Source: a virus (Duplodnaviria; Caudoviricetes). From it: a DNA stretch of 32,446 bases. Location: positions 1 to 32,446 of the IMG/VR virus record IMGVR_UViG_3300024520_000036; one strand, given 5' to 3'. Under the pieces are notes generated by a model that saw only the letters and a program-made list of their open reading frames with translations, did no database searches and was not told the origin of the DNA. How positions within the stretch are numbered: position 1 is the first letter of the stretch; each line of letters begins with the position of its first letter. The position numbers and the translations under genes are program-made. This document shows positions 1-7,480 of this stretch, piece after piece.

Positions 1-113
1 ATTTCAATTTTACAGCAGCAGCGGAGCAGGCGTATACAATGAGACAACGGGCAATTTCAATTTTACAGCAGCAGCGGAGCAGGCGTATACAATGAGACAA
101 CGGGCAATTTCAA
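1..113. repeat. 53-bp tandem repeat (about 2.1 copies), continuing across the circular junction
   Basis: ATTTCAATTTTACAGCAGCAGCGGAGCAGGCGTATACAATGAGACAACGGGCA at 1-53 and 54-106, plus ATTTCAA at 107-113; no spacers. Confidence 0.95.
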
Positions 114-121
114 TGCCACAG

Positions 122-141
122 TATAATAAAGAGTGAGGAAG
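122..141 (+). promoter_or_regulatory. -10 box / RBS-like 20-mer upstream of TerS, duplicated at 32129-32148
   Basis: TATAATAAAGAGTGAGGAAG is identical at both sites; it contains TATAAT and GAGG. Confidence 0.6.
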
Positions 142-163
142 ATTAAAAAAAAAAGGGGGGGGT

Positions 164-607
164 ATGGCGAGAAATCCTAACGGAAAGGGTGGTGGAAGCG
201 AGAAAGGTCACGGTGCACTGTATAAAAAAAAGTACTGTAAAATGCTAGTCAAGCATATGTCTCAAGGTTTTAGCTTTACAAGTTTCGGTGCAGATGTTGA
301 GTGTAGTGCCAGGACTTTACATAATTGGTGCGATAACCATTCCGAGTTCCGTGAAGCAAAAGGAATAGGTCAAGAAAAAGCAAAGAGATTTTTCGAGCAA
401 ATTGCTAGGATGAAAATAGTTGGAAAGAATGTAGTAAACAAGGTTACCGGCGAGGTGATGGATCCAAGAAGGTCGGATACTGCCATGCTTATTTTCTTCC
501 TTAAGACTCGATTCAGAGATGAATACACCGAGAAAATAGAGATAGAGAGCAATAACACAAATTACAACATCAATTTTGTGGAAGAATCGGATAAAACGGA
601 TAACTAG
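164..607 (+). CDS. terS: terminase small subunit (probable)
   Basis: N-terminal RNPNGKGG, HTH-like SFTSFGADVECSARTLHNWCDNHSEFREA, and LIFFLKTRFRDEYTEK tail typical of TerS; lies upstream of TerL. Confidence 0.7.
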   Translation: MARNPNGKGGGSEKGHGALYKKKYCKMLVKHMSQGFSFTSFGADVECSARTLHNWCDNHSEFREAKGIGQEKAKRFFEQIARMKIVGKNVVNKVTGEVMDPRRSDTAMLIFFLKTRFRDEYTEKIEIESNNTNYNINFVEESDKTDN

Positions 608-665
608 AATAGTTAGGAAAATAAATATATCATATCCTTGTACCTATCAAAAAAAGGATTAACGT

Positions 666-986
666 ATGCCTACTAAAGAACCAGCTTTAAGCGAAATAGA
701 AATATCGAACGGGATACTAGCGCCAGAGCAAGGCGCTCAGGAAAAGGTCTCGTTTACCGGAACAAGCGGTCAATCAGCTGCATTCAAAACCGATATTATC
801 ACGGTGTTTGCTACTCAAAACTGTTGGCTATTGTTTGGCAGTAGCCCAACCGCTGCTTCCGACGATGGCAATTCGACCTATCTGCCATCGGGGGTAATGA
901 GAGCGTATAGGGTAAAAAGAGGCCATAAGCTGGCAGTTATCAGAGATGCAAGCAGCGGCGACCTTCATATCAACGGAGGTGCCTAA
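666..986 (+). CDS. small beta-rich virion-associated protein
   Basis: 106 aa; beta-sandwich-like pattern (ITVFATQNCWLLFGSSPTA...YLPSG) resembling ORF 22418-22777; stop overlaps start of next gene. Confidence 0.45.
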   Translation: MPTKEPALSEIEISNGILAPEQGAQEKVSFTGTSGQSAAFKTDIITVFATQNCWLLFGSSPTAASDDGNSTYLPSGVMRAYRVKRGHKLAVIRDASSGDLHINGGA

Positions 987-2569
987 TGACTAATTTCTTC
1001 AGTCAACAAGGAGCAAGTGCAGTAAACATTGACGGGCTTAATGACGTCACACTCTCGTCAGTACAAAACAATGATGTTTTAAAATATGACTCATCGACCG
1101 CGCTATGGGAAAATGTAGACTGGGTTAGTCTTTTCAATAAAGGATTTGCGGGCACCTCGGATGTAAAACAAGATACAGTAATCGAAGCAGTAGCGGCAAA
1201 GCTTTATCTAGTTGTCGAGGCAGACGGCGCTGGAGATATAAAATATATTTTCGACGCCCAACATGCAACATTAGATTGCACGGCGGTCACTGATACCGAA
1301 TCGCTTGGTCATAACAAGGCAAGGGTAGAACTAACTGTAGGAACGGCCACAGCACCTCAAGTAAACTATATAACAGTAACCCACGATGAAAGCGGGGTAG
1401 CATCTTTAGCGGCGGCTACCTCTATTCCTAACTCATCAACTGAATTCGCTTGGTGCGCTATTGTAGTAGTGCCCGATGCGACTACGTGGGCGACTACCGG
1501 CGCTTACATGCATCAGCGCTGGACAGAATCAGTCAGTAATAATGGGCGAGGATTATTTACAAACCAAAGAGAGAAAGCCAGATTCCTAGGAGCGGCCTAT
1601 TTTTCTGGAATAGGTCAGACGCTAACAATTACCTCAAATGGCGGTGGAGTTGATAACGTAATCTTTACTAGTGCCCTTGGGAAAGTCTTTCAACTGCATA
1701 GACAAGATTTTCCGGCATTCTCAGGAACACCTACGATTTATGTGCCAAATGATTCGGTCACACCTTACAAAACAATAACGGACTTAAGCGATTTATTGAC
1801 AGATGCCGATGGTGATAGCTTAAGTGCTAGCAGATTTAATTTAGTAATATGGGGGTCGGTAAACAAGACAACCGCCGAGTGTAAACTATTTGTTAACCTA
1901 CCAACGGGATCATATAAGTCTGATAGCGCCGCTCTAGCAGATGCAGATAACACGGCCGTCACAACAATACCTGCAAATTTCAAAACGACTGGTTTTTTAA
2001 TAGCAAGACTAGCATTAAGGCATACAACTCCCTCGAGCGGGACATGGGAAAATCTAAGCGGCGGGACAGCGGTTATTGACTTGAGGGGGATAGCGCCAGG
2101 ATTTAATAGCTCAGGTGGCGGAACTCCTCAAAATTCCTTCTCTGATGCTGTCTTTGAGCTTTTTGACAATAGTGATGCCACAAAGTTACTAGCGTTTCAA
2201 CTATCTGGTATTACCCCAGCAACCACTCGAACTTTAACGGTACAAGACCGAACGGGGACGATGGCGCTTCGGACGAAAGTACTAGCTACCAAAACCGGCG
2301 ATTATCCTATGGTTGCGGCTGACGACGTTATCCTAGCAGATGGAAGTAGCGCTTCAGTCGATGTTACCGCCCCTGCTCCAGCGTCAGGAAAAGAATTTAC
2401 CGTAAAGGCAATAGACATTAGCAATACCGTCAGAGTCGTACCAAATGGCGCCGAGACCTTTGACGGTCTCGCCAATTACACCTTTGTTGCTAAGTATGAA
2501 TCAAAAACTTTTATTTCCGATGGCACTAATTGGTTTGTTATCGGGATTAATGGATCGGTGGTTTTATGA
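986..2569 (+). CDS. fibre/spike-like structural protein
   Basis: Thr/Ser/Ala/Gly-rich; N-terminal LNDVTLSSVQNNDVLKYDSS fibre repeat; C-terminal TKTGDY...ISDGTNWFVI motif common in phage fibres. Confidence 0.6.
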   Translation: MTNFFSQQGASAVNIDGLNDVTLSSVQNNDVLKYDSSTALWENVDWVSLFNKGFAGTSDVKQDTVIEAVAAKLYLVVEADGAGDIKYIFDAQHATLDCTAVTDTESLGHNKARVELTVGTATAPQVNYITVTHDESGVASLAAATSIPNSSTEFAWCAIVVVPDATTWATTGAYMHQRWTESVSNNGRGLFTNQREKARFLGAAYFSGIGQTLTITSNGGGVDNVIFTSALGKVFQLHRQDFPAFSGTPTIYVPNDSVTPYKTITDLSDLLTDADGDSLSASRFNLVIWGSVNKTTAECKLFVNLPTGSYKSDSAALADADNTAVTTIPANFKTTGFLIARLALRHTTPSSGTWENLSGGTAVIDLRGIAPGFNSSGGGTPQNSFSDAVFELFDNSDATKLLAFQLSGITPATTRTLTVQDRTGTMALRTKVLATKTGDYPMVAADDVILADGSSASVDVTAPAPASGKEFTVKAIDISNTVRVVPNGAETFDGLANYTFVAKYESKTFISDGTNWFVIGINGSVVL

Positions 2570-2742
2570 TTAGAAAAATAGGCGATGGATACATTTTAAT
2601 CTCAAAAGACGGAAAAAAACAACTTGGAGAGTTTTCTACCAAGTTACAAGCAGAAGAAAGGGAGAAAGAGTTAACTAGGATCAAAAGAGCAAAGGCCTTG
2701 GAGAAATTTAAGAGCGATAGGAATAAGAGGAATATAGTCTAG
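2566..2742 (+). CDS. small basic phage protein, 58 aa (not in ORF track)
   Basis: Translated by hand: MIRKIGDGYILISKDGKKQLGEFSTKLQAEEREKEL...; ATGA overlap with upstream stop. Confidence 0.6.
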   Translation: MIRKIGDGYILISKDGKKQLGEFSTKLQAEEREKELTRIKRAKALEKFKSDRNKRNIV

Positions 2743-2754
2743 AGAGGAGATGAG

Positions 2755-2988
2755 ATGGAAAAAAAACACTACCGATTCGAAAAGGCATCATTGACTTTTG
2801 GCCGAGGGGAAGTAACTAGGTATCATGTAAGAATGGCGATTAAAAGGGAAGAGCAATGTTATGTCAATACGAAATTATTTAATGATTCAAGACATAAGTA
2901 TCTTTACATCCAATTAATGAAGGAAGAAATAAAGGAAGCAATAGAAGGTCCACATGGTCGACATAAAAACCTCAAAAGTATTTACTAA
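2755..2988 (+). CDS. hypothetical protein
   Basis: 77-aa ORF preceded by GAGGAG RBS. Confidence 0.5.
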   Translation: MEKKHYRFEKASLTFGRGEVTRYHVRMAIKREEQCYVNTKLFNDSRHKYLYIQLMKEEIKEAIEGPHGRHKNLKSIY

Positions 2989-4267
2989 AGTCAGAAGGGC
3001 AAAAAACCGAATAATTTGTCAAGAAGGCAGCGCTCGATCGTCAAAAAGTTTCAGCATTATGCAATTGCTAATTGGGAAGGCGCTGCAAACAAAGACCAGA
3101 ACGTCTATCTGTAGGTCTAAGCTGACTTGGGTAAAAGCAACCGTTTATCTGGATTTCCTAGATATAATGCAAAACCAATTTAAAGTCTACGATCCAAGGT
3201 CAATGAATAAAACTGAATTGATTTACACCTTCACGAACGGATCTACTTTCAGATTCCTAGGGCTAGATGAAACTCAAAAATTGCATGGATATAAGGGTGA
3301 TATCCTATGGATTAACGAGGCAATGGAATGTGCTAAAAGCTCATTCACGCAGCTAGCAATGAGAACCACCGGTAAAATATATATTGATTACAATCCAAGT
3401 GCAGAAACGCATTGGATCTATGATACCGTCATACCTCGTGACGATTGTACTTTTATCAAGTCAACATATAAAGATAACCCTTTTCTCGAGCAATCCATTA
3501 TAGACGAAATAGAGCGTCTAGAGCCTACTCCAGGAAATATAAAAATGGGGACCGCCGATGATACGCTATGGAAGATTTATGGATTGGGAGAGAGAGCGGC
3601 CCATAAAGGTCTTATTTTTAGCGGTACCGAGATAGTCAAGGATTTGCCCCCGAAGGAAGAATGGAAGAAACATGTTTATGGTCTTGATTTTGGATATAGC
3701 AATGATCCAAGTACGTTGTGTTTAGTGGTAATGTCACAAGGAGAGCTTTATTTCAAAGAGATATTTTATGAAAGGGCGCTTGTAAACAGAAAAGATCCAA
3801 AAAAACCACAACAAAAATCTATTGAACAAAGATTAGAAGAAAATAATATACCTAAGAATTCGGTAATATGGGCGGATAGCGCCGAACCGAAATCTATACA
3901 AGAGCTAAATAATGGCGGATATTTTAACATTAGGCCTGTTCATAAAGGGCCGGATTCAGTAATTAATGGAATACAAAACATATTACGTTATAAAACAAAT
4001 ATAACAGAGGATTCAATTAACTTAATTAAAGAAAAGAATAACTATAAATACCAGGAGAACCGTGAGGGGAAGGTGCTGAATAAGCCCGTGGATGCCTTTA
4101 ATCATTGCTTCGACGCGATCCGCTACGCAGTGTCGATGGAATTTAGAATGATCTATGAAGACAAATACAAAGCGACCAGTCCAATTCAGAATTTAAAGAA
4201 AGGTAAAACCTTAGAAGAGAAATTAAAGTACTACGAAAGCAGGAGAAACCTTGAAACGGCATTTTGA
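2954..4267 (+). CDS. terL: terminase large subunit, PBSX family
   Basis: Walker A variant EGSARSSKS, Walker B ILWINEA, coupling motif DYNP, nuclease motifs GLDFGYSNDP, ADSAEP and NHCFDAIRYA. Confidence 0.95.
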   Translation: MVDIKTSKVFTKVRRAKNRIICQEGSARSSKSFSIMQLLIGKALQTKTRTSICRSKLTWVKATVYLDFLDIMQNQFKVYDPRSMNKTELIYTFTNGSTFRFLGLDETQKLHGYKGDILWINEAMECAKSSFTQLAMRTTGKIYIDYNPSAETHWIYDTVIPRDDCTFIKSTYKDNPFLEQSIIDEIERLEPTPGNIKMGTADDTLWKIYGLGERAAHKGLIFSGTEIVKDLPPKEEWKKHVYGLDFGYSNDPSTLCLVVMSQGELYFKEIFYERALVNRKDPKKPQQKSIEQRLEENNIPKNSVIWADSAEPKSIQELNNGGYFNIRPVHKGPDSVINGIQNILRYKTNITEDSINLIKEKNNYKYQENREGKVLNKPVDAFNHCFDAIRYAVSMEFRMIYEDKYKATSPIQNLKKGKTLEEKLKYYESRRNLETAF

Positions 4268-4283
4268 TAATAGGGGGTGATAG

Positions 4284-4463
4284 ATGCAACAAAAACTTAA
4301 GGTAGTTCATGCAGATACACCTGGCGGCTTCCAAAGTGCATTAAATGAGCTAGAAAAACAGTATTCATCCTGGGTTGTCGTCAAAATGGATCTTTCTACA
4401 TGCCTGTTTGGTGGCTTTACTGCCTTAGTCTTATTAGAGAGGAAAAAGGATGAAAAAGTTTAA
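4284..4463 (+). CDS. small hypothetical protein, 59 aa (not in ORF track)
   Basis: MQQKLKVVHADTPGGFQSALNELEKQY...; GGGGGTG RBS; fills the gap between TerL and the lysin. Confidence 0.5.
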   Translation: MQQKLKVVHADTPGGFQSALNELEKQYSSWVVVKMDLSTCLFGGFTALVLLERKKDEKV

Positions 4464-4923
4464 AATAAAAGAAATGGTCAAGACAATGTCTCATGTTAAT
4501 GCTATTGATCCACGCTTTATGTTTGCATTGATCGAAACGGAAAGTAATTGGAATCAATGGGCGGTAAAGTATGAAAAGCAATATATGTGGTATTTACATG
4601 ATCCTGCCTTAGATAGCTTTGTCTGCTCTCAAGGGACTATTCGCACAATGCAATCTTTTTCATATGGACTATGTCAAATTATGGGGAACCATTTCTATGA
4701 ATTTGGATATAAAGGATTTTGCACTCAATTGCTGGATCCACAGCTTAATGTCATAGTCGCAATTAATATTCTAAAACAATTCATAAAGCAAAATATCGAA
4801 TTGCCTGAAGAACTATACGCGGCCTATAACGCAGGCTCAGTAAAGAGGCAACCTAACGGGAAGTTGCAAAATCAAGGAAACGTTGATAGGTTTATGATAA
4901 TCTATAGCAACACCAAAGTTTAA
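4450..4923 (+). CDS. lytic transglycosylase (SLT family), probable endolysin
   Basis: Catalytic IETES, SYGLCQIM and AAYNAG motifs of SLT domains. Confidence 0.85.
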   Translation: MKKFKIKEMVKTMSHVNAIDPRFMFALIETESNWNQWAVKYEKQYMWYLHDPALDSFVCSQGTIRTMQSFSYGLCQIMGNHFYEFGYKGFCTQLLDPQLNVIVAINILKQFIKQNIELPEELYAAYNAGSVKRQPNGKLQNQGNVDRFMIIYSNTKV

Positions 4924-4941
4924 TTAAAAAAAAAGGGCAAC

Positions 4942-5127
4942 GTGAAAGCAATAACTTATGTTGTAGCTATATTATTCATGATAGCAGTGATATGTGTAGG
5001 ACTTGCATTGCTATTCATTCCAAAATTCAATGAGACGCCCTTAATTAAAGCCAATAAGGACTTCCTTCTTGACGATAAAATATACAGATGCACATTGATT
5101 GACGATCTAACGATAGGAGAAAATTAA
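4942..5127 (+). CDS. small single-TM membrane protein
   Basis: N-terminal hydrophobic helix YVVAILFMIAVICVGLALLFI; follows the lysin. Confidence 0.5.
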   Translation: MKAITYVVAILFMIAVICVGLALLFIPKFNETPLIKANKDFLLDDKIYRCTLIDDLTIGEN

Positions 5128-5460
5128 ATGGACAAATTAACAATTGAAGTCACTGATTTGAGTAAAGTAAGCGATGGGTACCACACAATTGCTGAACTTT
5201 ATGATCATAGATGTTTGCTGTTTATCCACCTTTGTAAAACAATGCCTACTAGAGTATGGATAAAAAAAGATCATTATGATGGATGGGATTGTTTGATGCT
5301 AAGACTTATGACAGGAGAGCAAATTTCCTATCATGTTGAGGCTAAACACCGAAAGCTTTATATGGATTTAATAAATAACCCAAGTTTAGGGGATTGGGAT
5401 GGGCATACATCGCCAGACGTATTGAAACGCTTAGAAATAGCATGTAGGAATTATGTTTAA
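5128..5460 (+). CDS. WDGH-motif phage protein, copy 1
   Basis: SDGYHTIAELYDHR...GEQISYH...WDGHTSPDVLKRL signature. Confidence 0.75.
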   Translation: MDKLTIEVTDLSKVSDGYHTIAELYDHRCLLFIHLCKTMPTRVWIKKDHYDGWDCLMLRLMTGEQISYHVEAKHRKLYMDLINNPSLGDWDGHTSPDVLKRLEIACRNYV

Positions 5461-5497
5461 AATTGAGTGACGATCTAACAGCGGGAGAGTAGGTCAA

Positions 5498-5662
5498 GTG
5501 GCACTAACCATAAAAGAAATATCAGATATGGTCATTGATTTATGGATGCCAAATACAAGAAAAGAGGTGGAGCATGCTTTAGGGAAAGAAATTGTTGATA
5601 GATTAAGCGATGCAGAAGTCTTAGAGATACTCAAAGAAACATTAACTACAGAGGAGAATTAA
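5498..5662 (+). CDS. small acidic hypothetical protein, 54 aa (not in ORF track)
   Basis: GTG start after GGGAG; MALTIKEISDMVIDLWMPNTRKEVEHALGKEIVDRLSDAEVLEILKETLTTEEN. Confidence 0.55.
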   Translation: MALTIKEISDMVIDLWMPNTRKEVEHALGKEIVDRLSDAEVLEILKETLTTEEN

Positions 5663-5663
5663 T

Positions 5664-5990
5664 TTGAGCAAAGTAAGCGATGGTAACCATACAATTACAG
5701 AATTGCTGTATCTTGTTTTACATCCATTGTACGATCATCGACGTTTGCTTTTTATTCACCTTTGCAAGATGATGCCCTCTAGGGTATGGGTGAGAAAAAA
5801 TCACTATGAAGGATGGGATTGCATAATGTTAAGACTCATGACAGGCGAGCAAATTTCCTATCATGTTGAAGCTAAACACCGAGTGCTTTACATGGATTTA
5901 ATAGATAACCCAATCCCAGGGGATTGGGATGGGCACACATCGCCAGATGTATTGAAACGCTTAGAAAAAGCATGCAGGAATTATGTTTGA
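5664..5990 (+). CDS. WDGH-motif phage protein, copy 2 (paralogue)
   Basis: Closely similar to 5128-5460, with an 8-aa insertion and a shorter N-terminus; GAGGAG RBS, TTG start. Confidence 0.7.
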   Translation: MSKVSDGNHTITELLYLVLHPLYDHRRLLFIHLCKMMPSRVWVRKNHYEGWDCIMLRLMTGEQISYHVEAKHRVLYMDLIDNPIPGDWDGHTSPDVLKRLEKACRNYV

Positions 5991-6025
5991 AATTAATCGA
6001 TAATCTAACAATAAGAGAAAATTAA

Positions 6026-6367
6026 ATGGCACTAGAAACACTGAAAGGCATTACTCAGGTGAACGGGCATAAAGTCCATAGGGTAGATTGGCAGCAGCCA
6101 AAAGATAATCATATTGAGATAAACGATAAAGGCAATGCAATTACCTTTAAGATTCAAGATGGGGCTATAAAAGAATATGGACATAACGGGTGCCAAGTTG
6201 ATGAGTTAATATCAACTGCCTTATTGATGGTTAAGGGGCTCAATGCAAAATTCCCTTCAGAATATAATGTAAAGTGCATGACATCTTTATATGAAGCTTA
6301 TTCTTGGTTACAACAAAGAAAAGCAGATAGAGAGAGAAGAGGGGTAGAGGGCCATAGCAAACCATGA
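6026..6367 (+). CDS. tad1: Tad1-like (Acb2/Tad1 family) anti-defence nucleotide-signal sponge
   Basis: FKIQDGAIKEYGHNG, FPSEYN...LYEAYSWLQQRKADRERRGVEG follow the Tad1 pattern FQxGxxKExGxNG...F.S+EN..A...+EEA..W...R..DR..RxVxG as I recall it. Confidence 0.7.
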   Translation: MALETLKGITQVNGHKVHRVDWQQPKDNHIEINDKGNAITFKIQDGAIKEYGHNGCQVDELISTALLMVKGLNAKFPSEYNVKCMTSLYEAYSWLQQRKADRERRGVEGHSKP

Positions 6368-6639
6368 TCAAAAAAAAAGAGTACTATAAATGGGAGCGAA
6401 TAAAGCTTATCGATGGCAAAAGCTACCCCCACATCTCCTTTGTCACTGCATATTATTTCCTAGGCATACCGATTTATAAGTATGAAAAATATGTACCTAA
6501 CAAAATTGACAGTTTTGATACCGAGGACGATAGCGGAGGTTTTGTGGAGACTATCCCAAAGAAACAAACAGGAACCTACGATCCATCAAAAGACGAGGCC
6601 AAGAAACTTGAGGGGGCGATGGATGGGACTTTTGAATAA
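6364..6639 (+). CDS. hypothetical protein
   Basis: 91-aa ORF overlapping the upstream stop (ATGA). Confidence 0.5.
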   Translation: MIKKKEYYKWERIKLIDGKSYPHISFVTAYYFLGIPIYKYEKYVPNKIDSFDTEDDSGGFVETIPKKQTGTYDPSKDEAKKLEGAMDGTFE

Positions 6640-6675
6640 TGAGCTCCATGGGTCCTAATCCCTTTTTTTTTTAGT

Positions 6676-6718
6676 GAATCTTGTGGTAGCCTTGATTTTG
6701 GCTTATTATTATTAAAGT
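6676..6718 (+). promoter_or_regulatory. sigma70-like promoter, sister of 7433-7472
   Basis: GAATC-TTGTGG-17 bp-TATTAT...TAAAGT. Confidence 0.6.
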
Positions 6719-6731
6719 ATGGAGGTTAATT

Positions 6732-7031
6732 ATGAGTAAAATGTATTTTAAAGAATTAATTTTTCTAGTTTTATTAACACTGAGTGCTAGCGTATTCTCA
6801 TTTGAGATTGAATTAGACAACAGTAAATATACAAAAAAAACTTGCCGCTCTCAATTGAAAAAAAGAAGTTCTGGTAAAACTTATAGAGTAAGCCTGAAAG
6901 GATGCTGTTCGCACCACAAGGGAATTAAACAATGCGCTCTTGATAAGGTCGTGACATTTAGAAGTGGCCATTTAAAGTGTGTTGACGGGTGGAAAAGTAC
7001 TTGCAAGCTATCTACTCCCGACAAATCTTAA
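6732..7031 (+). CDS. small secreted Cys-rich protein with GCCSHH motif
   Basis: Signal peptide ending SASVFS; GCCSHHKG..C...C.DG..S.C; GGAGG RBS. Confidence 0.65.
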   Translation: MSKMYFKELIFLVLLTLSASVFSFEIELDNSKYTKKTCRSQLKKRSSGKTYRVSLKGCCSHHKGIKQCALDKVVTFRSGHLKCVDGWKSTCKLSTPDKS

Positions 7032-7416
7032 CACCCTTTTTCAATGCGCTAGCTTCATTCCCAGAAATATCGGCACCCCTTTCGACTGCATTCCTCAAAA
7101 GAGAGTCATTAATATATTTGCTTTTCTTTGCTTTTTTCTTCGGTTTCGGCCTATCATTGCCAGCTATGACGCAACCCTTTTGTTTGCAAATTCTTTTGTA
7201 CTCATCGTAATGCCTGACTTCCATCCCTAGATTATGCTGATATCCAGGTTTGAAGCCATCCCTAATTCTTGGGGGATTCTTTAACTCTTCTTGGTAACCG
7301 TCAAAAACAGTATGAATACCCTTGTTTTTTTCCAAAAACGGCTCAATCTCATCGGGAGATAAAAACCTAATAGCGTGATCACTGAACACATATTTATAGA
7401 ATCTTGTTTTGGTCAT
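7012..7416 (-). CDS. hypothetical phage protein, divergent from portal
   Basis: 134-aa ORF with AAGGTAG RBS on the minus strand. Confidence 0.6.
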   Translation of the reverse strand: MTKTRFYKYVFSDHAIRFLSPDEIEPFLEKNKGIHTVFDGYQEELKNPPRIRDGFKPGYQHNLGMEVRHYDEYKRICKQKGCVIAGNDRPKPKKKAKKSKYINDSLLRNAVERGADISGNEASALKKGVKICRE

Positions 7417-7432
7417 AAATCTACCTTTTTTC

Positions 7433-7472
7433 GAATCTTGTGCTTATCTTAAATATGCCTTATTATTAAAGT
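7433..7472 (+). promoter_or_regulatory. sigma70-like promoter of the head-tail operon
   Basis: GAATC-TTGTGC-17 bp-TATTAT-TAAAGT, 14 bp before the portal ATG. Confidence 0.6.
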
Positions 7473-7480
7473 GATATGTC

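Larger units (their letters stand above)
5094..6029 (+). repeat. three copies of a degenerate gene-junction motif ATTRANYGAYRATCTAAC plus RBS
   Basis: attgattgacgatctaac (5094), attgagtgacgatctaac (5462), attaatcgataatctaac (5992); copies 1 and 3 continue ...AGAAAATTAAATGG into a start codon. Confidence 0.75.

Noticed and set aside
1-113. CRISPR array
   Set aside because: The units are contiguous and identical with no unique spacers, and there are no cas genes
5478-5560. tRNA-like start GCGGGAGAGTAGGTCAAGTGG
   Set aside because: There is no T-arm or cloverleaf; the sequence is explained as the RBS and start of a 54-aa ORF
5128-5990. Diversity-generating retroelement TR/VR pair
   Set aside because: Differences are not adenine-specific, many are synonymous, and no reverse transcriptase is present
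6979-7230. Plus-strand ORFs of 83 and 73 aa
   Set aside because: They overlap the better-supported minus-strand gene 7012-7416 and lack an RBS
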